Shown here one piece after another: positions 1 through 14,251 of a stretch of 64,000 nucleotides of DNA. Position 1 is the first letter of the stretch. Each line of letters opens with the position of its first letter. The notes beneath the pieces are model-generated. The model was given only the letters and a program-made list of their open reading frames with translations. It made no database searches and was not told the origin of the DNA. The DNA comes from the human T2T-CHM13v2.0 reference genome, Homo sapiens, in assembly GCF_009914755.1 (NCBI RefSeq), contig NC_060925.1; one strand, given 5' to 3'. The position numbers and the translations under genes were made by a program.

Positions 1-251
1 TATCTTTTTAAAAAAATTAAGTAGTGAGTTGTATGGTTCAGAACCAGGGCACTAATGACATTTGGAAGAGGTGAGGCTTAGTGCATCATAATATGCTCAT
101 GAAAGGCTTTTGGAAAGGGAGGGAGCTTGCATTGGGTTTTCAAAAATGGGTTGGATGTTTTGAAAGCCTCTTGGCTATTCTTGAGCCCTATCACTACTTC
201 CTCTTCTTTCTTACTGTTATACCATATACCTTGATCACACTGAAGGCCCAG

Positions 252-1004
252 GCAGAGACTGAAATCTTAAACATTTCCCAATACTGCCTCCTATAGAATC
301 AAAATGGTATTTATTTCTCACAGGCTAGCTCTGGGTATGCAAAGACGGATGAGATGGAGTGCCTGGAATGTGTCAAGCTCTCACAGGTGGTATAGGAGGA
401 AGGGCCTCCATGACCTTGCCCGTGCTGTTTTTTTTTTGTTTTTGTTTTTTCCTGGAATGCCTTTCTTCCCTCTGCATGAAGGACTCTGATTTATCTTTCA
501 AAGTCCAACTCAAACACCCACTTTTTTGGGGAGTCCTCCTTCAACTGTGTATGGTGAACTGCTTTCTTCTATTAGAATTTCTACTACATTATAGAATTTC
601 TGTTCGTTTATAGAAATCATGATTACTAATAAGTAAAGTCATATAATCATAATCATAACAATCATAATAATTTTTCAAGCACTTATTTGCTAAGGTCTTT
701 TTATGCATTACCTTATTTAATTCTCACAAGACTGCAATGAAGTAAATTCTACTACCAGGATGTCCCTTTTATAGATGCAGAAAAAGAGACTTAGAAAATT
801 GCTCCATTGGTAAGTAAGTAGTTGGATGAGGATACAAGCCCAGGTTGGTTTGATGCAGAGTCTGAAATCTTAAACATTCCCTAGCACTGCCTCCTATAGA
901 ATCATACTGGCATTTATTTCTTACAGGTTAGCTCTGGGGATACAGAGATGGATGACAGGGAGTGCCTGGAATGCATCAAGTGCTCATAACTGGTGCAGGA
1001 AGAA
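252..1004 (+). repeat. Diverged ~150-bp direct repeat pair (252-401 and 855-1004)
   Basis: Ungapped alignment GCAGAG(A/T)CTGAAATCTTAAACATT...CTGCCTCCTATAGAATCA...GGAGTGCCTGGAATG at an offset of 603. About 26 mismatches in 150 bp, counted by eye. Confidence 0.9.
665..894 (-). mobile_element. MIR SINE
   Basis: Antisense MIR core: ttatttaattctcacaag...cccttttatagatgcagaaa...tcttaaacatt...actgcctcc. Confidence 0.65.
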
Positions 1005-1459
1005 AGAGGTAGTCAATAGAGATTTTCTAGGAATGCATCTCCCCATTTTTAGCTTGTTAGCCACAGGGAAAGGCACAGGGCTGAACTGAATTGAACTCCT
1101 CTGCTATTTCACATTCATTTGAGACTCTGCTCAGGAATCATCTTTTCCGGGAGGTCTCTCTGTCAACTCCTCTCCCTCCCAACACTGTCATTTTTGCCAT
1201 TGTTCTGTTACCTGGCCATGTGCTGTCATCGTGTGTAATACTTGCCTGCTGGTGCTTACTATATGCCGTTGACTTGCCTATTACAATAAACAGACTTGCC
1301 CTGTCTAAGTGACTTCTAGAAACTTTAATATGGTGTTTAGATGATGTAGAGCAAATACCCAACTTCTCTGCTTCACTTTTCTTATCGACAAACTTGGAAT
1401 AATAATAATACCTATGTATGTGAATAATATCCCATTTGCTCCCAGATCAGTATTTTTTT

Positions 1460-1560
1460 AAAGGCTTGTCAGGAGAAGCAGTGGGAGTGGAGAAGAAACA
1501 AATAAATCTGTAACTGGTTGTGATCGATTAGTTGTAAACACCATTGCCCTTGGACCAGCC
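1460..1560 (-). pseudogene. Y3 RNA (RNY3-derived) processed pseudogene
   Basis: The reverse complement GGCTGGTCCAAGGGCAATGGTGTTTACAACTAATCGATCACAACCAGTTACAGATTT...CCACTCCCACTGCTTC...GCCTTT matches human Y3 as recalled (about 9 differences). A7 tail at 1453-1459 and TSD TCAGTA at 1447-1452 and 1561-1566. Confidence 0.93.
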
Positions 1561-1906
1561 TCAGTACAGTTTTTGACCCCTTTTGGCTGTGCTCTGTGTC
1601 TGGAGGAAGGCTGACTGCATCATCTGGGCTCACTTGCCGACTGACTTCTCATTGTGTTTGGCCCATGGGAGGCACTAGTAGGTTGGGCAGTGGGAATCGG
1701 GAGGTCTGGGATATTTCTTCCCTTCCCCAGCACACTTCTGGCAGTATTTCATTCATTTTTATCCATGTGTGGCCCCTCCTACATGGGAAGCCAGTTTTCA
1801 CAGCTTCACTGTCTTCTGACCTGCCCCTCTTCCTTGAGCCCTGGGGGTGGTGGTGGTTTTCTGTGGTCACCTTATGATTTCTTTTTTGTTTGTTTGTTTG
1901 CCTTAA

Positions 1907-2396
1907 TTTAAAAATACTTTACTGCTAAAAATGCTAAGAATCATCTCAGCCTTTAGCAAGGTGTAATCTTTTTGCAGGAAGAGGCTCTTGCCTTGATGTT
2001 GAAGGCCTGCTGATCACAATGGTGACTGCTGAAGGTTGGACTGGCTATGGAAATTTCTTAAAATAAGACAACAATGAAGTTTGCCACACTGATCGATTCT
2101 CCCTTTCATGAAAGATTTCTCTGTAGCATGCAATGCTGTTTGATAGCATTTTGCCCACAGTAGAACCTGTTTCAAAATTGGAGTGAGTCTTCTCAATCTC
2201 TGCTACTGCTTTATCAACTAAGTTTATGTTATGTTTTAAATCCTTTGTTGGCATTTTGACAGTGTTCACAGCATCTTTACTACCAAGAGTACAGTCCATC
2301 TGAAGAATCAACTTTCTTTGCTCCTCCATAAGAAGCAACTCCTTCTCCATTCAAATTTTATCATGAGATGGCAGGAATTCAGTCACATCTTCAGGT
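1907..2396 (-). mobile_element. Tigger1 (TcMar-Tigger) DNA transposon fragment, 3' part of transposase
   Basis: ORF 2045-2350 contains STVGKMLSNSIACYREIFHER...QTSLLSYFKK, typical of the Tigger1/TIGD1 transposase C-terminus. Confidence 0.88.
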
Positions 2397-4380
2397 TTAT
2401 TGATTTCTTATTCATTGCCCTATCTCTGTCCACACCTCTTTAGCTAGTCCTTTACAAAAGCCTTTCTTTTTCTTTTTATTTTTTAACATCGTGGTGAACT
2501 TGGTTTTCCTGGTGGATACAGCTCTCTGTCAGGGATGTTGTGATTGGCTCCTGGTGGGCACCTGAATTTTGTTCTCTTTCTCCTATTGCTGTTGAACCAA
2601 CTGAGAGCCTGTGGCCAGCCTAGGGAGAAACACTCAGCACCCCTGCACTCACTGAGAGTAGTTTCTCAGACCTGATGGCTGGCCAGTGCATGGGACTTCG
2701 GCATGCTGACACTCCTGGCTTCCCAGCCTCAGTGGCAGAGGAATGTCCCAGGGTTTATTGCAGCAGGTAGAGGAATGGCTTTTTCTCTCACAGGTTTTCC
2801 TTCCCCATATACAACTCCAATTTTAATCTTTCCTCTACCTGGCTCCTTAAGGATAATCAAGGCTTCAGCATACGAATTTGGGGGTTGGGTGCACAATTCA
2901 GTCTATTCCAGGTAGTGACGGAAAGCAAGAATTAGCAGACAGCCAGCTCACACATTTTAGGAGGAGAAATGCCTTCTTTCTGCCTCCTCTTCCAATATGG
3001 ATGGATAACTTTAGTGATGTATATGCGAACACAACACAACTTCTGAGGGGCTGGTATGGTAACCCTAGGGAGGACAGGCTGGTGGGTGCTCACCTGGGAT
3101 CACTCTGAACATCCTCACCTAGTGGCTACTGACCTGCTATGCTCATGGCTCTCCTGGGCCCCACTGGAGTCCATAGCTCTTATAGGTGTTCTGGGTTGTC
3201 AAGCTTGCTGTGTTCACAGCCCAGGCTGGGGCAGGGGAAACCTTCCCTCATGACCTCATTTGAACAAGCACCATCATTAAAGATAGGATGTATACTTTCC
3301 TTTAAAAAATATACTTATTTCTAGTTATACAAGCACTATGTTCATCATGGAGAATTGAGAACATACAGAAAAATATACAAAGAATCAAAAACACTGTCCT
3401 GATATCAAGGATATCAGAGACAGCAGAATTAACATTGTAATGTACCTCTTCCATTCTTTTTCCAAGAACATTCATATGTGTGTGTGTATAGTTGTATATG
3501 TTTATATTTGTGTTCACAGAAACATGTGTTCATATATTAAGTCATGTAAGCTGTTTTGCACCAAGCTGGGATGAAAAATGGGGAGGTGATATTAATAGTC
3601 ATAATTTATATTTAACTGGCTTTTATCTCTATGTGGAATTATAGGTCTCATGTCCTTCTCCTCTTACAAAGTCCTGCTGAGTTATTTCTGGGAAGTTCTA
3701 AGAGATTTCTCAGATGAACTCAGGAGCTACTTGTCTATCTCCTTCACTTCCACAGCTGTGGCCCTTACAGTGGTGTCTACTCTGAGGCCTCCATGTCTCT
3801 GAATGTGCTTTCCCTTTGTGGCCTGGCCCACCATGAAAACTTTTTCTACTGGGTATTGTCATATCTTACAGCTGCCAGGCACTCTTGCTTCTCCTAGTTA
3901 CCTGGAGCCTTCCTCCAGGTATAGAAACATGATTGTGCTTTTTGGATCCTGTAGGGCACCAAAGCCAGGCTGGGATCACTGTAGAGGTGGGAGTCTCAGC
4001 CTCCGTTGGCTTGTAATTTGCGGCACAGGTCTGCTTTTTGTCTTATGTAGCAATGTTTTCAGAGCTCTTCATAGAAAACAGTTGTGGTGAATAGGCTTGG
4101 GGGAGGGCTGCCCCCTGTCTCTTCCCTCCATGCCTTGGCCTGCAGCTCCTCACATCAGGAGGTGGAATATAATCCCCTACCCTTTGACTCTGGGCTGGTC
4201 TTAGCGACTTACTTTACCAAAAAAGATGCATTCAAAAGGATGTTGTAGGCCCTCTGAGGTGAGGTTGTAAGAAGGCTTGCCATTCTTCCTGGGTCTCTTG
4301 GAACGCTCATTCTTGGGTCACTTCCTCTCATGGTACGAGAAACCTTATGGAGAGTCCACAGGTAGCCACGTGTGGGCATT

Positions 4381-4798
<418 letters not shown>

Positions 4799-4872
4799 TA
4801 AGAAATCCTGAGTGAGAACTGCCTTGCTGAGCCCAGCTAGCTCAGAGGAACATGAATGAAAATAATAAATTG

Positions 4873-5344
4873 CACACATATGTTTATTGCGGCACTATTC
4901 ACAATAGCAAAGACTTGGAACCAACCAAAATGTCCAACAATGATAGACTGGATTAAGCAAATGTGGCACATATACACCATGGAATACTATGCAGCCATAA
5001 AAAATGATGAGTTCATGTCCTTTGTAGGGACATGGATGAAGCTGGAAACCATCATTCTCAGCAAACTATCGCAAGGACAAAAAACCAAACACCGCATGTT
5101 CTCACTCATAGGTGGGAATTGAACAATGAGAACACTTGGACACAGGAAGGGGAACATCACACACCAGGGCCTATTGTGGGGTGGGGGGAAGGGGGAGAGA
5201 TAGCATTTGGAGATATACCTAATGTTAAATGACGAGTTAATGGGTGCAGCACACCAACATGGCACAGGTATACATATGTAACTAACCTGCACGTTGTGCA
5301 CATGTACCCTAAAACTTCAAGTATAATAAAAAAAAAAGAAAAAA
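4873..5344 (+). mobile_element. L1PA3/4-like LINE-1, 5'-truncated (ORF2 C-terminus, 3'UTR, polyA)
   Basis: Translation [22 protein letters not shown]...HRMFSLIGGN, G-rich 3'UTR, polyA, TSD AATAAATTG at 4864-4872 and 5345-5353. Confidence 0.95.
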
Positions 5345-5769
5345 AATAAATTGGTGTTTTAAGTCACTAAATTTTGGGGTAGTTTGTTGTGCAGGAACAG
5401 ATAATCTGAACAGCAGCCCTCCTTTCTGTAGGCTCAGATATATTCTGAGCTCCCCGTGAATGGAGGGACAGGTACCTTGTCTTCCTCAGAACGTCCCCAC
5501 CCTGTCTGTGTATAAAGCTTTGTTCCTGGGTTAAGCTTGTCTACCTGGCCTCTTTCCTCCAGATGATGACTTCTCTCCCAGGATAATTCCACCAGATTCA
5601 TCCCATCATTCCACTTGTGATTCCCAGACATAACTCAATCCCAAGGGTAAATTATGGCTTAAGCTCTAGCTGGGAACTCTGTCTACGCAAAATGAGGAGT
5701 TTACTGTAACACAATTGTATGTATTCACGAAATTCTTTTTCCCTTTATTGTTCTATTGTGGTAAGTTTT

Positions 5770-6130
5770 TCATGTCATTAAAAATTCTGCAAAATTAATA
5801 TTCCATCATTTGAATGTATATCAATACTAATGTGTAAGTTTTTGGAAAATTACCTCCTTCTCCTTTTTTTTTTCTTAAATTGTAAAGAAGGTTGAGATGA
5901 ATATCTTTGTCCAAAAATTTTTACCCAGGAATTTAAGGAAATAATCAAGTATTCAGCAAAAGGTATGCCTTTCTTTAAAAAAAAAAAAACTTGAAATATA
6001 ATGCCACATTACTTTTCAGAAAGATTGTACCAAGTGACCTGCCTCCAGTCAATTTGATAGGCAGAGATGGTATTTCATTATGATTTTAATTTGCTTTTCT
6101 TTGACTCTTAGTGACGTTGAGTAAAAAATG
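5770..6130 (-). mobile_element. Old L1M (L1ME-like) 3' fragments
   Basis: acttttcagaaagattgtacca...agatggtatttcattatgattttaatttgc. Confidence 0.5.
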
Positions 6131-6384
6131 TTTTTAGTCTTTCACATTTCTGCTGCAATGCTTCTGTTTCCTTATTTGTTATTAATTATCTACTATGTGC
6201 CAAGAAAGCCACTTGACACCAGAAACTGAGGAGTTTGGCATACAACCCCTTGTGGGCTCTGAAGTGGACCACAGGCTGGAGGGGAGGGACAGAGTGAGAT
6301 AGAAGAGCAGCTGGCCCAGGTCTGGCTGTGTTCTCAGCCAGTCACCTGGTGGATCCACAGTGTTCTTGAAAGGCTGTGGGCTTT

Positions 6385-6570
6385 GTGGAAAGACATTGGC
6401 AAGGGATTGGCTTCAGACATGCCTACCTTCAAATGCTGGCTCTGCCACTAACCAGCTGGGTGACTTCTCTCAAGTTATTTAATCTCCTCAGCATCAATCG
6501 TCTCAATGGTAAAACAAGGAAAATGCCATGTCCCTTGTAAATCTGTTGTTAGGATGAAAAGAGATAGTAA
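6385..6570 (+). mobile_element. MIR SINE
   Basis: ttcaaatgctggctctgccactaaccagctgggtgactt...caagttatttaatctc. Confidence 0.7.
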
Positions 6571-6845
6571 GGCAAAGTGCGGTGGCTCACACCTGTAATC
6601 CCAGCTCTTTGGGAGGCCGAGGTGGGTGGATCACCTGAGGTCAGGAGTTCAAGACCAGCCTGGCCAAAATGGTGAAACCCGTCTCTACTAAAAATACAGA
6701 AATTAGCTGGGTGTGGCGGCAGGCACTTGGAATCCCAGCTACTCAAGAGGCTGAGGCGGAGGTTGCAGTGAGCCGAGATTGTACCATTGCACTCCACCCT
6801 GGGTGACAACAGCAAGGCTCTGTCTCAAAAAAAAAAAAAAAAAAA
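6571..6845 (+). mobile_element. AluS with an internal deletion in the right arm
   Basis: Alu dimer with polyA. 14-bp TSD AAAAGAGATAGTAA at 6557-6570 and 6846-6859. Confidence 0.95.
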
Positions 6846-6889
6846 AAAAGAGATAGTAAAAAGCTAATAAAAATAAACATGGCATCCAC

Positions 6890-7500
6890 TTAGTAACCAT
6901 CAAATCCTATTCCACCTCTTCATCTTTTGAGTCCATTTCTCTCTCCCTGCTGTACTGCTGCCAGACTGGCTGCATAATTTGTGAGGCCTTACTGCATTCA
7001 GCTCTAGCATTTCTTAGTGCTTTTACTGTTCCAGTTCTAACCTGGTCTCCCTGTTCAATGTCTCATCCTCCAATCTACTTGCCATACCACCTCTGATTGT
7101 CTTTCTCAAACTAAATCTAATTGTGTTACTACTTTACTTAAGGTCCTCCAAAAGCTCCTTAATGTGACTGAGACCTGGCTTCTACTAACCTTCCAGCATG
7201 GCTTCTCATCTTGCCATTCTCTGTCTTCTGGCTGTACAGAACTTCCTGGAGTCCCTGACACAGCCTTGACCTTCTTAGAGCCTGATGTCTTGGAACATGC
7301 TGTGTCTTTGTTAGGACCCTTTTCTCCTCTCCTCTCCGTGTGGTTAACTCCTACTCATCCCTCAGGAATTAGTTCCAAGTTGGGTCAGGCACTCCCTCCT
7401 CCAAGCTTCCCTGTCCCAGCACACAGACAGGGAAACACACAATTCCCTCTCTATCACTGGATAATGGCTCCTTGAGGGCAGGAATAACATCTTAATTTGG
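6890..7500 (+). mobile_element. L2 LINE fragment
   Basis: ctaacctggtctccctg...ctaaatctaattgtgttact...ctcctactcatccctcagg...ctccttgagggcagg. Confidence 0.6.
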
Positions 7501-7523
7501 ACACCCCTATTATAGAACAAGAA

Positions 7524-7913
7524 CAGGGTTTCTCAGCCTCTACACTGTTGACCAGGACCAGCTGCATAATTTGTGGGACCCAGTACCAGACGAAAATACA
7601 GAGACTCTTGTTCAAAAGTTACTAAGAATACCAACATGGCAGTAACATAGCATTAAACAAATGCAGATCCTTTCTGAAAGTGGGGCCCTGTCTACTGCTC
7701 AGGTGGCCTGCCCATGAAACCAGTCCTGCTAGTGACATTTGGGGCCAGATTATTCTTTCTTGTGGGGAGTGTCCTGTGCATTGTAGGATGTTTGGCAGCA
7801 TCCCTGGGCTCTTCCCATGAGATGCCAGTAGCATCCTGCCCATCTGTGACAACCAAAAACGTCTCCAGACGTTGCCCAAGGTCTCAACAATTGCCCTCTA
7901 TAGAGAACTGCTG
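7524..7913 (-). mobile_element. MER20 (hAT-Charlie), interrupted by MER45A
   Basis: cagggtttctcagcctc..gacatttggggccagattattctt...tgcattgtaggatgtttggcagcatccctgg...gtgacaaccaaaaacgtctccagac...gagaactgctg. Confidence 0.85.
7553..7728 (-). mobile_element. MER45A (hAT-Tip100)
   Basis: Terminal inverted repeats CAGGACCAGCTGCAT / ATGAAACCAGTCCTG, about 176 bp, degenerate 8-bp TSD CTGTTGAC / CTAGTGAC. Confidence 0.8.
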
Positions 7914-7944
7914 GCCTAGAAGACCTTAGACACTTGAGGATGTA

Positions 7945-8504
7945 TATATTAGTCAGGGTTCTCTAGAGGGACAGAAATCATCAGCTATATGTATATAGGA
8001 AAGGGATTTTATTAAGGAGAATTGATTCACACGATCACAAGGTCAAAGTCCCACAATAGGCCGTTTACAAGTTGAGGAGCAAGGAAGCCAGTGGTGGGTC
8101 AGTCTGAGTCCCCAAACCTCAAAAGTAGGGAAGCCAACAGTGCAGTCTTCAGTCTGTGGCCAAAGGCCCAAGAGCCCCTGGAATACCACTGATGTAGGTC
8201 CAGGAGTCCCAAAGCTGAAGAACTTGGAGTCTGATGTTTGAGGGCAGGAAGCATCCAGCATGGGAGAAAGATGAAGGCTGAAGACTCAGCAAGTCTAGTT
8301 TTTCCACGTTCTTCTGCCTGCTTTATCCTAGCTGTGCTGGCAGCTGATTAGATGCTGCCCACCCGGATTGAGGGTGGGTCTGCCTCTCCCAGTCCACTGA
8401 CTCGAATGTTAATCTCCTTTGACATCACCCTCACAGACACACCCAGGAACAGTATTTCACATCCTTCAATCCAATCAAGTTGATACTCAATACTAACCAT
8501 CATG
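7945..8504 (-). mobile_element. MLT2A-type (HERV-L) solo LTR
   Basis: tattagtcagggttctctagagggacagaa...caatccaatcaagttgatactcaatactaaccatca. 5-bp TSD ATGTA at 7940-7944 and 8505-8509. Confidence 0.9.
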
Positions 8505-9409
8505 ATGTACCTGTGCTTTACTAGAGCTAAGGGCAAAGTGCTCTGGGGAACCCAACCAGTCTGAGGGAGGCTTCCTGGAGATGTGATGTCTCAGGGGAAG
8601 TGCCTAAGGATAGGTAGTATTTGGATAGAATGTACAACCTGGCTAAGTAAGCTCATTGAACAAGAACCCCAAGGGCTGTTGGGAAGAGACTATCCAATAA
8701 AGCCAGGGAAGCCTTGGAAACCTCCAGATGCATCATAGATCTGGGGGTTTTACTTGGGTGGGCAGAATGTCCCCAGGCTGTGAGATTTATAAAGAGAAAG
8801 CAGCTTTGAAGTTCTTCCCTTGGAGTTTTTTCAGGGGTAGGAGTAAAGGAAGCCTTGAGGATCACAAGGAACCCTGGACTATAAAACCCTGGGCAGGCTT
8901 CCTTAAAAACAGAGGTCAGGACTGCCACCCTCAGCCAGCCTAAATGCTTAAATGCTTACACGTGTGCCACTCGTTGGAGCTGGGCGTGGCCTATCTTCTC
9001 ATCTCCGTCAGGTTCTCCTCCCCCCAAGGACTCCTGAGGATGCTACAAACAGGTTACCCCATTTGTCTTGCTGGGGAAGGAAGGTGGAAGGCTGTGGCTT
9101 TGGGGGCTGCAGAATCCAGGTAGCGATGGCAGGTGGTATTTCTTGGGGCCAATGCTGGGAAACCAGTTGTCAGGTCAGATGTTGAGGAAAATGGTGAGTT
9201 TCTTAGACCCATGTGAAGGAAAGGCTCCTTATCTTCCTCTGGTCAGTATCCTCTGGTTCCCATAAAAATAGCTGCTTGGAGAAGACATTCTCCTGAGAGG
9301 AAGGAGAGCATAGGTCAGATGAGATTCCAGGAGATGCAGATTCCAGGGCCCTTCATGGAGTTGGGTCTTCCTTGAAGCCCATGTTCTTACACACACTTGT
9401 ACACACACC

Positions 9410-9548
9410 TCTACATTCTAGCTGTGTGACTTGCAATAGTTACTTAACCCCTCTGTGCCACAGTTTTCTCATCTTTAAAATGGGCATAAGAATACTATTG
9501 ACTTCATAGGGTTGTAGTGGGTAGAAAGAGATCTTGCATGCATGTGAA
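9410..9548 (+). mobile_element. MIR SINE
   Basis: ctagctgtgtgactt...ttacttaacccctctgtgccacagttttctcatctttaaaatggg. Confidence 0.75.
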
Positions 9549-9612
9549 GGGACCAGCCTCTCCCCACGGTGGCTAGAACATAATGCCAACTAATATCTGT
9601 TAAAATCTTCCA

Positions 9613-10087
9613 TTTTTATTTTTTTATTTTAGATTCAGGAGTACATGTGGTGTTCGTTACATGGGTATTATAGGTATAATGGTGGGGATTGGGCTTCTAG
9701 TGTACCCATCACTCAAATATTGGGCATTGTACCCAGTAGATAGTTTTACAACCCTCCCCCTCCTCCTGCTTTCCTCCCTTTAGAGTCCCTAGAGTCTGTT
9801 TTTCCCATGTTTATGTCCATGTTTATGGACATGTTTATGTCTATGTCCCCATCTTATGTACTCTTTGTTTAGCTCCCACTTATAAGTGAGAACATGGGAT
9901 GTTTGATTTTTTGCTTCTGAGTTAGTTCACATAGGATAATGGCCTCCAGCTCCATCCATGTTTCTGCAGAGGACATGCTTTCACTCTGTTTTATGGCTGT
10001 GTAGTATGCCATATGTGTATCACATTTACTTTATCTAATCAACTGTTGGTGGACACTTAGATTGGTTACATGACTTTGCTATTGTAG
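9613..10087 (-). mobile_element. L1PB/L1PA17-like LINE-1 3' end
   Basis: Poly-T, gtacatgtg..gttacatgggt, tttagctcccacttataagtgagaacatg, ggcctccagctccatccatg. Possible TSD TTAAAA(T/G)CTTC. Confidence 0.85.
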
Positions 10088-10174
10088 CCAGTACTTAAAA
10101 GCTTCTTTTCATCATCTGCTCTATCCGGGACGCGTCAAGTGAATCTAGATCAACCACGTACTTAGAGTCACACT

Positions 10175-10632
10175 ACTTTCGGAAGGTTCTCAGTTCCAAC
10201 CAATGAAAATTAGTTCCTACCCTCCGCAAAATTATGGGAAGGGAATTGGAGACTCCAGATTCAGCAGATTCTAGAGGACCAGATTTCAGAACTAGAAAGA
10301 AATCAAAGGATTTTAATCAATCAAAGGAGATCATCAGATCTCCCTGATCTGATGATCAGGGAGACAAATAGCAAGAAGCAAACATTCATCTTTTGGAAGA
10401 TGGCTAGGTCAGTCATCCATCAGTGCCCTCACCATGGACAGTGGGTGTGAATGAACCCCAGGCCTCACTCATCTGGCCAACTTTGTTGGCAGCTGGGGCA
10501 GGGAAGAGGGAGGGTTTCCCTGCTACTCAGGCTTTGATAGAGACGATAGGTTGCTCCTCACTCTGGGGTTTCCCTCCAACTAAAAAGAGATGTGGCTGGG
10601 CAGCCAAGAAGAGCTAACAAATGTCCCCCTAT
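10175..10632 (-). mobile_element. Old ERVL/MLT1-like LTR, probable 3' LTR of the downstream ERV-L
   Basis: The terminus ggctgggcagccaagaagagctaacaaatgtcccccta resembles the reverse complement of the TGTAGTGGACATCTGTTG start of old MLT1/ERVL LTRs. The left boundary is uncertain. Confidence 0.4.
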
Positions 10633-10641
10633 GCCTACCTC

Positions 10642-14251
<3,610 letters not shown>

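Noticed and set aside
2045-2350. Domesticated TIGD1-like gene
   Set aside because: It is only a decayed 3' fragment of Tigger1, with no DNA-binding or DDE core.
9011-9194. Exon-like segment (tctcatctccgtcag| ... ATG|GTGAGT)
   Set aside because: The splice motifs are plausible but the product is not recognisable. Such pairs are common by chance and cannot be supported without RNA data.
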